Below are positions 56,000-64,000 of a DNA stretch of 64,000 bases, piece after piece (the first letter of the stretch is position 1; each line of letters opens with the position of its first letter). This stretch comes from Candidatus Micrarchaeota archaeon (GTDB lineage Archaea; Micrarchaeota; Micrarchaeia; Micrarchaeales; CABMGC01). A program made the position numbers and the translations under genes. The stretch is taken from the NCBI GenBank assembly GCA_021817325.1, contig JAKAVK010000014.1, positions 8,678 through 72,677 on the forward strand. Direction: 5' to 3'. The notes below the pieces were generated by a model that saw only the letters and a program-made list of their open reading frames with translations, did not search any database and was not told where the DNA came from.

Positions 56000-57421
56000 A
56001 TGATAACAAGATCCATTAATGGCAATTCCTATGCTGGACACCAGATCACTAGTAAGGAGGATGTTCTGAACCTCTATAAAGATGCGTTCCAAGCAAGGCC
56101 TATGAATGGCGACCTGCTCATGGGGCCAGAGACAGAGGTCCAGTTAGCTGATGGCAGAACAGGAATAAGCGTATATCCTTCAGGAATCAGACAGGTAATA
56201 AGCAAAATCGCGGAGCTTGACAGAAGCTGGACCCAAACCGATGATTTTGTGCTGGAGAGGATGAAAGGCGGGTGGAAGCAGACCATAGGAACAGACATGG
56301 GAGCGCTCGAATTCAGCACACCTCCAACAACATCGCGAAGCGCGGCGCTAGCCAATGTGGTTGAGGTACTGGATATCATAAAAGAAGCAGCGAGACCTTT
56401 CGGGTGGGTGATACTAGAGTATGGTCAGCAACCATTCACAAATCCGAGCCAATCAACGATAATACCAAAGGGCAGGTATTTTGCGCTTGGCGCTTTCGTT
56501 GGTCCGGAGATGTGCAAAGATTCCATAACAGCTGCCGCGCAGATACATTTCCAGCCACAGGATGTGAAAGAAGCAATTATGATGCTGGCCATACTGAACG
56601 GCGCGGCTCCAGCTGAAACTGCAATGTGTGGAAACGCAGCCGTATACAATGGCGAACCTAGCGGATACCTAGATCTAAGGCGATCCCTATTTGCAGATTT
56701 GATGATAAGAATAGATCCTGTCAGGGTCAGCGTCTTTCCCAGGGTCTCAGACATAGAGGAATTTGTTGATGTAATTCTTAAAACAAAATTCATCATGACC
56801 AAAGTTCCTGGAGAGGGGCATGAACTCGCAGAAGGATACAAAGTCGTCTCAGGTTCCCCGACACTCGAAAATTTCATCCAGAATGGAGGTACAATGTATC
56901 CAATAAAGGCGATTCGCAATGGATCATACCGGTACGAGATAGATAAGCAAGCGGGATATAATGTTGAAGCTTTGACTTCAGAGGATGTCCTCTCGCATTC
57001 CAGGACCATATGGAACTCGGCAAGACTGAACCTTACTTATGGAACTGTTGAGTGGAGGCAGCCATCCTTCCAATGCGATCAAGGTCTAGAGGCAACATAT
57101 GCCTTTGCGCAGGGGCTCTTGCTCAATCCGCAGGATGCACTGTCCAGGGTTTCAGTTTACACCGTGCAGCAGCTTAGGCAAGCTGAACAAGACGCGATAA
57201 AGGTTGGCATGAATGCAACAATAGGTGGACTCCCTATTCGTTATTACGCTGAAGACCTTGTTGCAATATCTGAGCAGGGACTGCGAAATGCAAGGCAGGA
57301 TCCAGGACCACTTGAATACTTCAAGCCAAGTCTTAGGAAATCAACAAACCCTGCAGAGATGAGCCTCGAGATATTCATTGACAAGGGTAAGGATGAATTC
57401 TTAAGAGCAATATCCAGATGA
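56000..57421 (+). CDS. Glutamate-cysteine ligase family 2 (GshA/EgtA-like carboxylate-amine ligase)
   Basis: GPETE, GALEFSTPP, GQQP, PKGRY, TAAAQIH, VEWRQ; start placed at ATG 56000 (upstream ATG 55931 possible). Confidence 0.8.
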   Translation: MITRSINGNSYAGHQITSKEDVLNLYKDAFQARPMNGDLLMGPETEVQLADGRTGISVYPSGIRQVISKIAELDRSWTQTDDFVLERMKGGWKQTIGTDMGALEFSTPPTTSRSAALANVVEVLDIIKEAARPFGWVILEYGQQPFTNPSQSTIIPKGRYFALGAFVGPEMCKDSITAAAQIHFQPQDVKEAIMMLAILNGAAPAETAMCGNAAVYNGEPSGYLDLRRSLFADLMIRIDPVRVSVFPRVSDIEEFVDVILKTKFIMTKVPGEGHELAEGYKVVSGSPTLENFIQNGGTMYPIKAIRNGSYRYEIDKQAGYNVEALTSEDVLSHSRTIWNSARLNLTYGTVEWRQPSFQCDQGLEATYAFAQGLLLNPQDALSRVSVYTVQQLRQAEQDAIKVGMNATIGGLPIRYYAEDLVAISEQGLRNARQDPGPLEYFKPSLRKSTNPAEMSLEIFIDKGKDEFLRAISR

Positions 57422-57429
57422 GCCTCACG

Positions 57430-58563
57430 CTAGAATTTCTCAAAGAGATGAGTCATTACTTCCTTTACCTTCCTGAGCTCCCTTATGCTTACATATTCAT
57501 TTGGGCCATGCACAGAGTCGTTTAGGCACCCGTAGGATACGGTTGGTATGCCTGCATTGCTGAGATACCCTCCATCATCCCCACCGTAGGCCCCGTATAT
57601 TTTCTCCATGCCTGTTATCTGCATCATCTTCATCATTATCTTTGAATTTTGATTAGACTCATATCCTGGTGTAAGGCCTACAAAATCAAGGCTTGCATCA
57701 ACGCCAAAGCGCTTACTCCATAAATTAAAGTATTTCTTGAACTCTGCAGACATCTTCTCTATTTCGTAACCCGGGGGGCTGCGCATATCAAATCCCGCAT
57801 TGAGCAACCCGGGAATTATATTATTCCCGGATCCCGATTTTATTGTCGTGATGCTGAACCTGCCGTTTATTTTTTTACCGTAAATACCACTGTATCTAGA
57901 CGTCTTTGTTCCTGCTACTTTTTCAAATTCCTGCAATTTCTGCAAAAATGGCATAGCAGACAGAATCGCATTTCTGCCCAAAAAGGGATAGCCTGCATGG
58001 GATTCTTTGCCCCTGACTGTTATAGTGCCAGACGCTACGCCACTTGTTCCTCCAATTAACCTCATTCTCCCATCCAATACTACTGCATAGTTACTTCTTA
58101 CAAGACGTCTCCTGTTTTTCATAATCCACGCTAGCCCATATTCCGACCCGACTTCTTCATCGCAAGTGTACAGAAGTTCGATGTTAACTCTGCTTCTCGA
58201 TCCGCTAGCCGCAAGCAATGAAGCTACAATATTGCCTTTATCATCAGCTGCGCCTCTACCGAACGCTTTGTCACCAGAAATATAGAGCTCGAAAGGATTC
58301 CGTCTCCATTCCTGCCTAGTGGCTGGAACAACATCAAAATGTGCATTAATTCCTAGCGTATCGTCCTTTCCATTGTCAAAATAGCCAATGACGTTAGGCC
58401 GACTATTTCCATCCTTCGCTTTTGCATGTACGATTATCGTCCTAGCTCCTGCATCGTTCAGTGCTTCTTTGAGTATCAAAGCAATCTGATCATAATTCTT
58501 CTGTTCATTGCAGTTTGTGTCTATACCCACTAATTTACTCAGAAGATCCAGATCTCTCTCCAT
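57430..58563 (-). CDS. M20 metallopeptidase, ArgE/DapE/LysK-like deacylase
   Basis: NAHFDVVP, GRGAADDKG, DEEVG, GKESHAG, VHGPNEY. Confidence 0.9.
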   Translation of the reverse strand: MERDLDLLSKLVGIDTNCNEQKNYDQIALILKEALNDAGARTIIVHAKAKDGNSRPNVIGYFDNGKDDTLGINAHFDVVPATRQEWRRNPFELYISGDKAFGRGAADDKGNIVASLLAASGSRSRVNIELLYTCDEEVGSEYGLAWIMKNRRRLVRSNYAVVLDGRMRLIGGTSGVASGTITVRGKESHAGYPFLGRNAILSAMPFLQKLQEFEKVAGTKTSRYSGIYGKKINGRFSITTIKSGSGNNIIPGLLNAGFDMRSPPGYEIEKMSAEFKKYFNLWSKRFGVDASLDFVGLTPGYESNQNSKIMMKMMQITGMEKIYGAYGGDDGGYLSNAGIPTVSYGCLNDSVHGPNEYVSIRELRKVKEVMTHLFEKF

Positions 58564-58578
58564 GACATGCCGCCCCTC

Positions 58579-59763
58579 TTATTTAAACTCCGCGGAAACT
58601 TTTTTGTAGGCCTCCCTGAATGGCACCCCACTCTCAACTAGTTTGTATGCCATAGCCGTGGCGTATAACTCTTTTGTCATTGCCTTTTTGCAGCTCTCTT
58701 TGTTCACCTTCAGTTTCGTAAAGAGCAGAGCTGCAATGCCCAGGCTCTGTTCTGTTATATCAAAGCCTTTCATTATTGGTTCCTTGGTGAGAGAGGTGTC
58801 AAGATTGTAACCTGTAGGCAGATTACCTGCTAGATTATGGATTAGAGCCTCCTGCGCGGCTACTATGTGGTAGCTTGCCCTGAGGCGCTCTAGGAAGTCA
58901 GGGTTCTTCTTGTGGGGCATCATTGAGCTCCCTGTCGTAAAGCTTTGGGGCAGCTCGTAATATCCGAATTCAGGCATGCTGAAGATTATGAGGTCCGTAG
59001 CTATCTTGTTGAGGTCCAGCATCACCTGGCACATCGCGTGCAGCAGAGTTGCTTCGAACTTGCCCCTGCTCAGCTGCGTATATATGGGATTATTCTGCAC
59101 TCTCACGAATCCCAACTCCTTTGCGGTGAACTCCCTATCCAGAGATATCGGAGAACCGTAACCTGCGCCTGTTCCAAGCGGTGATTGATCAATCAATACT
59201 AGGGAGAATTCAAGTATCTTTATGTTATCTTCCATTGACTCGATGAACGCGCCAGTCCAGAGTTTGATGGATGAAGGCATCGCCTTCCTTGTGTGGGTAT
59301 AGCCGGGAAGAATTATGCTTCCATACTTGCTTGAAAAGGCATCGGCATTCTTTATGAACAGTTTGGCAAGTCTGATCAACTCCTTAAGGTTATCCATGTA
59401 GTATAGGCGCAGCGCTACAAGCACCTGATCATTCCTTGACCTACCCGTGTGTATCTTCTTTCCTACATCCTCCAATTCTTCAGTCAAGAAATTCTCTATG
59501 GCTGTGTGTACATCCTCCTGTTCTTGCGATATTTTGAACTTACCTTGTTCGTCAAGCTTTATTATCTCATTTAGCGCTCTTATGAGCTCCTTGGCCTCTT
59601 TTTGTGTCAGTATGCCTATCTTTGCCAGCATCTTGGCATGCGCTATGGATGCAATTGCATCGTATTTGACCAATCGCGCGTCGAGAAGGTACTCCTGTCC
59701 AACTACAAAAGCCTCGACAGTCTTGTCCATCTGGTAGCCTTTATCCCACAATTTAGCTTTCAT
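58579..59763 (-). CDS. argH: Argininosuccinate lyase (short form)
   Basis: [51 protein letters not shown]. Confidence 0.95.
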   Translation of the reverse strand: MKAKLWDKGYQMDKTVEAFVVGQEYLLDARLVKYDAIASIAHAKMLAKIGILTQKEAKELIRALNEIIKLDEQGKFKISQEQEDVHTAIENFLTEELEDVGKKIHTGRSRNDQVLVALRLYYMDNLKELIRLAKLFIKNADAFSSKYGSIILPGYTHTRKAMPSSIKLWTGAFIESMEDNIKILEFSLVLIDQSPLGTGAGYGSPISLDREFTAKELGFVRVQNNPIYTQLSRGKFEATLLHAMCQVMLDLNKIATDLIIFSMPEFGYYELPQSFTTGSSMMPHKKNPDFLERLRASYHIVAAQEALIHNLAGNLPTGYNLDTSLTKEPIMKGFDITEQSLGIAALLFTKLKVNKESCKKAMTKELYATAMAYKLVESGVPFREAYKKVSAEFK

Positions 59764-61042
59764 CCTTTCCCTTTTTCTTCAGCCAGTCATAAGCAATGTG
59801 GCCTTTCATTGCTATGAAATGCGCCTTAAGCCGTATTGCATTTATGTTGATGAATCCTTGCGAATCTATTGCATTAAAGCCACCTTCAGCATCCATGCTG
59901 GAAAGCTTCTGGTCGTATAGTGGAATAGCCGCCTTTCTTCCGACTACGACAACGTTGCCTTTTATGAGCGATATAGTGACCTCACCGTCTATTGCCTCCT
60001 GGCTCTTATTGAATGCGCTCATGAGGAAGTCCATCTCTGGCGAGAACCAGAATCCGTTGTAGACTAGCTCGGCAAATTTTGGAACTAGGGAGTCGCGCAA
60101 GTGCATTACCTCTTTGTCCATGGCTATGCCTTCCAGGTCTTTGTGCGCAGCCCAGAGTATCGTGGCTCCAGGTGTCTCGTATATTCCGCGTGACTTTATT
60201 CCTATGTACCTGTTCTCTACCATGTCCACCCTGCCTATCCCGTTTGCGCTGCCTATCTCGTTAAGGTACATGAACATCTGCAATGGATCCGTTTTGGATA
60301 TTCCTGCCTTTTTATTCATGACCTTGGTAAGATTTCCATCCTTGAAGTGTATCTCGAGCAGCGTCTCCTCGTTTGGAGCGCTCTGGATCGATGATGTCCT
60401 TGAGAATACATGTTCTGGAGGTCTGAACGCAGGATCCTCCAGTATCCCCGCCTCGTGGCTTATGTGCATCAGGTTTCCATCCTCGCTGTATGGCTTTGCC
60501 GCTGTTGCCTTTACCGGTATGTCGTACTTCTTTGCGTATGCAAGCAGGTCGCTCCTTCCCTTGAACTCCGCAAGAAACTCCGGATCTCTCCAAGGCGCAA
60601 TTACCTTTATCGATGGGTTAAGTGCATAGTAGGTAAGTTCGAACCTTACCTGGTCGTTGCCCTTGCCTGTCGAGCCATGAGAAACGTACTGTGCATTCTC
60701 CTTCTTGGCTATCTCCATCTGTGCCCTTGCAAGGCACGGCCTCGCAAGCGAGGTGCCCAAGAAATACCTGCCCTCATACAGCGCGTTGCAGCGCATCGCG
60801 GGGAAGATATAACCTGTCACGAACTCCTCCTTCAGGTCAACTACATAGACCTTAGAAGCTCCGCAGCTAAGCGCCTTCTTCTCTATAGCCTGGAAATCGT
60901 CCTGCTGCCCTATCTCCCCGACAAAGCATACCACATCATAGCCCTTGTTTACAAGCCACTTTAATATCACTGATGTATCCAGACCTCCGCTATATGCCAG
61001 CACAACCTTCTTTTTCTCCACACTATCACCCTTGATTATCAT
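59753..61042 (-). CDS. argG: Argininosuccinate synthase
   Basis: [48 protein letters not shown]. Confidence 0.97.
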   Translation of the reverse strand: MIIKGDSVEKKKVVLAYSGGLDTSVILKWLVNKGYDVVCFVGEIGQQDDFQAIEKKALSCGASKVYVVDLKEEFVTGYIFPAMRCNALYEGRYFLGTSLARPCLARAQMEIAKKENAQYVSHGSTGKGNDQVRFELTYYALNPSIKVIAPWRDPEFLAEFKGRSDLLAYAKKYDIPVKATAAKPYSEDGNLMHISHEAGILEDPAFRPPEHVFSRTSSIQSAPNEETLLEIHFKDGNLTKVMNKKAGISKTDPLQMFMYLNEIGSANGIGRVDMVENRYIGIKSRGIYETPGATILWAAHKDLEGIAMDKEVMHLRDSLVPKFAELVYNGFWFSPEMDFLMSAFNKSQEAIDGEVTISLIKGNVVVVGRKAAIPLYDQKLSSMDAEGGFNAIDSQGFININAIRLKAHFIAMKGHIAYDWLKKKGKDES

Positions 61043-61081
61043 GCTACATCTTTATATTTACGTTTCTGCGGCGCTGGACCG

Positions 61082-61324
61082 TTACCTTATGTAAGATGGC
61101 ACTTCAGACGGATTATACGCATTCTTCTTATGCTTGGCAAAGTGTATTATCACGGTATTCTTCTTGTTGGTAGGGAACTGGAAGGTCAGTATAGGATTGT
61201 TCTTCTCAAGGAATTTGCTCAACTCCTTCGGTATTCCAGGGTCATCGAAGTCTATTGGAAGCTCTATCTTTCCATCTTCCTCAAGTTTCACGTACTGTTT
61301 GTTGTTTTTGTTCTTTGGCTGCAT
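61082..61324 (-). CDS. Small protein with AbrB/MazE-like N-terminus
   Basis: YVKLEEDGKIELP resembles the swapped-hairpin start; sits in the arg operon. Confidence 0.45.
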   Translation of the reverse strand: MQPKNKNNKQYVKLEEDGKIELPIDFDDPGIPKELSKFLEKNNPILTFQFPTNKKNTVIIHFAKHKKNAYNPSEVPSYIR

Positions 61325-61453
61325 CTGCTCACCTGATCCTATTGCCTTCCATATACTAATTGGCGCGAACCGGTATATAAAGGATATGGCATATTTGTTA
61401 TAAAATTAGCCTAATTTGTCTCATTTGAAACGTAATAACCCGAGCCAGTTTTG

Positions 61454-62023
61454 TTATCTCCTGAATACATCATTGAAAACCATCGTTCTGTAGGCCTCTA
61501 TATCCAGTACAAATGCGCGTCTGCCGGTAGGGTCTTGCAACACAAGTTCCATTTCAAGAACGTTCTTGAGAGGCACTTCAACAAAGCCTTGCTTCTTTAT
61601 CAGGTCCGCTCCTCCGCTATTCTCGTTCTTTATCATAACCACCGTTGCATGCGGATCTGTGTCAAATATAGAAGATATCACTGCATCTGACATGCTGGTG
61701 TATATGCCCATGCCTCTGTAAGCGCCATCTACAACTACGGAGCGCATTTCGTAGCATCCTGGCCACTTGACAACTGCCATGTGCGCGACAACGGCTGGTA
61801 TGGCGCTGTCAATTGCTACAAACGAGCTTCCGTTGCGTATCCATTGGCTAACCTGCTGGTTGCTCACCTTCAGCACCGCACCGGATCTCCTGCTCTCCCT
61901 ATTCACCAAGTCCAATATTGCAGGCGCATCGCAATCAAGCGCCCTTGACAGCGTTATGCTCCCCCCACAAGATGCTATCCTGTCGATCTGCGGCCCATGG
62001 GGGCTCCTGAAATTCAATAGCAT
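61454..62023 (-). CDS. GNAT N-acetyltransferase, short ArgA-like
   Basis: RALDCDAPAILDLVN, EMRSVVVDGAYRGMGI (acetyl-CoA motif A), KKQGF; heads the argG-argH operon. Confidence 0.8.
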   Translation of the reverse strand: MLLNFRSPHGPQIDRIASCGGSITLSRALDCDAPAILDLVNRESRRSGAVLKVSNQQVSQWIRNGSSFVAIDSAIPAVVAHMAVVKWPGCYEMRSVVVDGAYRGMGIYTSMSDAVISSIFDTDPHATVVMIKNENSGGADLIKKQGFVEVPLKNVLEMELVLQDPTGRRAFVLDIEAYRTMVFNDVFRR

Positions 62024-62066
62024 GCACTCGCATTATTGGTTTATTTTTAGGTATATTAATCATGCG

Positions 62067-62081
62067 TTGTAATTAATACAA
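62067..62081. promoter_or_regulatory. 15-bp palindromic operator TTGTA-ATTAA-TACAA
   Basis: Inverted repeat TTGTA/TACAA with an AT-only spacer, in the divergent promoter between the GNAT gene and the ACT regulator. Confidence 0.55.
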
Positions 62082-62162
62082 GATGCAACCTTGAAGTCTC
62101 ATTTGATACATGTCTATTGTAAAATGAACGAATGGTTAATAAGCTTTTAAGGCAACCTGTAA

Positions 62163-62765
62163 ATGTTCAATATGAGCATCTCCGATACAGTGCGCATGTA
62201 CCTCAAGAACAAGCCATATACCCTTGAGGCAATGGAGAACGGGATCGTCAACTTCAGCGCTCTTGCAAGGCTTGTGCAGAAGGAACTTGGCATACGCAAT
62301 TATCAAGCTGTGAAGGCAGCCATACGCAGATACGCCGGGCACCTCGAGTCAGTTAAGGGCACGATAGAGGCAAGGGCCCTGAGGGTGCTCAAGGAGAACA
62401 GGATCTCGCTTTTTGACGGCGTGCACGTGATCATAAGCGACAGCGAACTTGAGATAGAGAACGATGCAAAGGTAAAGATAGAAAGGTATTGGGTATACCT
62501 GACAAGGAAGGACGTAATGAAGGGCCTTGGCAGGAAGGCGAGGGAGAGCATAGTGAAGGCGCACAGCAATTGTTCTACGATAATCGTGTACTCAGAGGAG
62601 AACCTTGAGAGCTCATCTGGAGTTGTGGCGTTCCTCACATCCCTCCTCGCTGAACAGAACATAAACGTGATGGAGTTCATCTCCTGCTACACCGAGACGA
62701 TCATAGTCGTGGGCAAGGAGGATGCGCTGCGCAGCTATGAGATACTTTCTGGCATAGTTAAGTAG
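62163..62765 (+). CDS. Archaeal HTH-like plus ACT-domain amino-acid-sensing regulator
   Basis: GIVNFSALAR...AVKAAIRRY N-terminus; ACT motif SGVVAFLTSLLAEQNINVMEFISCYTETIIVV. Confidence 0.85.
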   Translation: MFNMSISDTVRMYLKNKPYTLEAMENGIVNFSALARLVQKELGIRNYQAVKAAIRRYAGHLESVKGTIEARALRVLKENRISLFDGVHVIISDSELEIENDAKVKIERYWVYLTRKDVMKGLGRKARESIVKAHSNCSTIIVYSEENLESSSGVVAFLTSLLAEQNINVMEFISCYTETIIVVGKEDALRSYEILSGIVK

Positions 62766-62896
62766 ATAACCTGTTTATGGAGTTTATTATGGCCAGAAGC
62801 AGCGCTTCAGTTCTTATCGGTTCAGTGTATCCATCCGTTTCTTCCCGTAATGCTTCCCATCCTGCGCACTTCTGGCTTTAACTACGTGAGCGGGAA

Positions 62897-62937
62897 ATCC
62901 CACGCCCTCTTTAGAGGGTTCCCTTTAGGGGTGGGAT
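62897..62937 (+). repeat. IS605 left-end subterminal hairpin (branched)
   Basis: Outer stem ATCCCAC/GTGGGAT enclosing two TTTA-loop hairpins, CCCTC-TTTA-GAGGG and CCC-TTTA-GGG. Confidence 0.8.
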
Positions 62938-63007
62938 GGGAGCGAACCGCTGTCATATGGAGTATGATGACAATAGTTATATATAAGAGTATGCTCATAT
63001 ATTAGTC

Positions 63008-63406
63008 ATGCCAAAAGGATATAGTGCTTCCGAGACAAGTGTTCATTTCATGGGCTATCATTTTGTCTGGTGTCCGAAGTATAGAAGAAAGGTATTGGTT
63101 GGTAAAGTGGAACAACGACTAAAGGAACTGATAAAGGAAAAGGCAGAACGATTAGAGTGTAAAGTCCTTGCACTTGAAGTCATGCCAGACCACGTTCATC
63201 TCTTCATAGAAGGCAAACCTCTCCAGACACCGAACTACATAATCGGGCAGATAAAGGGATACACCTCTCATCAACTAAGGGAAGAATTCGCAGACCTGCG
63301 ACTAAAACTTCCGACACTGTGGACAAGGAGTTATTTTGTGTCAACACATGGGCATATTTCAGATGCTCTAATCAAGAAATACATAGATGAACAAAAGGGG
63401 ATGTAA
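63008..63406 (+). CDS. tnpA: IS200/IS605 Y1 (HUH) transposase TnpA
   Basis: YHFVWCPKYRRKVL, MPDHVHLF (HUH), IKGYTS, LWTRSYFVST, KYIDEQ (catalytic Tyr). Confidence 0.97.
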   Translation: MPKGYSASETSVHFMGYHFVWCPKYRRKVLVGKVEQRLKELIKEKAERLECKVLALEVMPDHVHLFIEGKPLQTPNYIIGQIKGYTSHQLREEFADLRLKLPTLWTRSYFVSTHGHISDALIKKYIDEQKGM

Positions 63407-63651
63407 TGAAAAAGAACCTGCTTTTATTGGCTCTCATAGGGATTGTCCTAATTGTTATTGGAATCTATCTGGTTCAGGCTGATTATGGGTCTTGCCCTGC
63501 ACAAACTACAAACACAGGTTGTTACCATATCTTATTTGGTTTCTTACCGATGTCTCCAACAGGGTGGTTATTGATAATCATCGGTATAATTCTAAATATA
63601 CGCAGTATCTTGATTGATTATATTGTATCAAAAGAGAAGAGGAAGAGATAA
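63406..63651 (+). CDS. Small two-TM membrane protein carried inside the IS
   Basis: 81 aa: TM - loop with two Cys - TM - basic tail; start and stop overlap tnpA and tnpB by one base. Confidence 0.7.
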   Translation: MKKNLLLLALIGIVLIVIGIYLVQADYGSCPAQTTNTGCYHILFGFLPMSPTGWLLIIIGIILNIRSILIDYIVSKEKRKR

Positions 63652-64000
63652 TGGAAGTGGCAAGAGCTTATAAGTTCAGAATCTACCCTGATGCCACAAG
63701 GCAGGAGGAGATAGATGAACGTCTAATCCTTGCACAGCAATTCTACAACAAGATTCTTGAGAAGTCAATCGAATCCCATAAAAAAGGAAAGACAAAGGTT
63801 TCGATGGCTCAGTTCAACAGGTTTGTAAAAGAGATAATCCGAGAAGACAAGAAATACCTAAAACTCTATTCGCAGACAAGATGTGAGATAGAATTCAGGC
63901 TTCTCAAGGCATACCAGAACTTCTTCAGAAGAATCAAGGAAGGAAACAAGAAGGCAGGGTTCCCAAGATTCAGGTCAAGGGAAAGGTACAAGTCAATAAC
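63651..64000 (+). CDS. tnpB: RNA-guided endonuclease TnpB, N-terminal part (runs off the window)
   Basis: Manual translation from ATG 63651: MEVARAYKFRIYPD...AYQNFFRRIKEGNKKAGFPRFRS. Confidence 0.95.
   Translation, partial: MEVARAYKFRIYPDATRQEEIDERLILAQQFYNKILEKSIESHKKGKTKVSMAQFNRFVKEIIREDKKYLKLYSQTRCEIEFRLLKAYQNFFRRIKEGNKKAGFPRFRSRERYKSI

Larger units (their letters stand above)
62882..64000 (+). mobile_element. IS200/IS605-family element (tnpA - passenger gene - tnpB), truncated by the window end
   Basis: Subterminal hairpin, Y1 tnpA, tnpB N-terminus; left boundary inferred just after TTTAA (62877-62881). Confidence 0.9.

Noticed and set aside
62758-62876. Minus-strand peptide next to the IS left end as a gene disrupted by the insertion
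   Set aside because: An in-frame TAA lies within the presumed target motif, so the frame could not have continued across the insertion site
52650-62880. tRNA-Arg as the integration (att) site of the arginine island
   Set aside because: No partial tRNA duplicate was seen at the far end and there is no integrase; the island lies 5' of the tRNA. Adjacency is noted but integration is unsupported
1-64000. CRISPR array, cas genes or rRNA genes
   Set aside because: No regularly spaced direct repeats, cas motifs or rRNA-like sequence were seen by eye

Overview
Archaeal chromosomal segment, most likely from a DPANN archaeon of the Micrarchaeota/ARMAN type. This is inferred from the gene set and a non-canonical BHB tRNA intron; no rRNA marker is present. 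Positions ~0.6-32 kb and ~43-52.7 kb are mostly housekeeping genes: rad50, two ftsZ, polX-PHP, gdh, eS26, aCPSF1, psmB, a GT2/GT-C/flippase glycosylation cluster, pyrG, ppa, secE, tyrS, ileS, DGGGP synthase, EndoQ, nth, aspS, alba and tRNA-Arg(CCT) with a 29-nt T-loop intron. Three accessory blocks stand out. (1) 32-43 kb: a nucleotidyltransferase/SIS isomerase/kinase cassette, then ORFans including a putative H-Y-E ADP-ribosyltransferase, an NlpC/P60 protein lacking both catalytic residues and a TraB/Tiki-like protein. (2) 53-62.8 kb: an arginine/amidino-metabolism island beside tRNA-Arg, AT-richer over ~53-58.6 kb, with an ankyrin protein, a fused amidinotransferase, a GCS2 ligase, an M20 deacylase, argH, a eukaryote-like argG, an ArgA-like GNAT, an ACT regulator and a palindromic operator. 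(3) 62.9-64 kb: an IS200/IS605 element with a small membrane-protein passenger gene between tnpA and tnpB, joined by TAATG stop/start overlaps on both sides. No CRISPR array or rRNA was seen. All calls come from motif recognition by eye; no searches were run.
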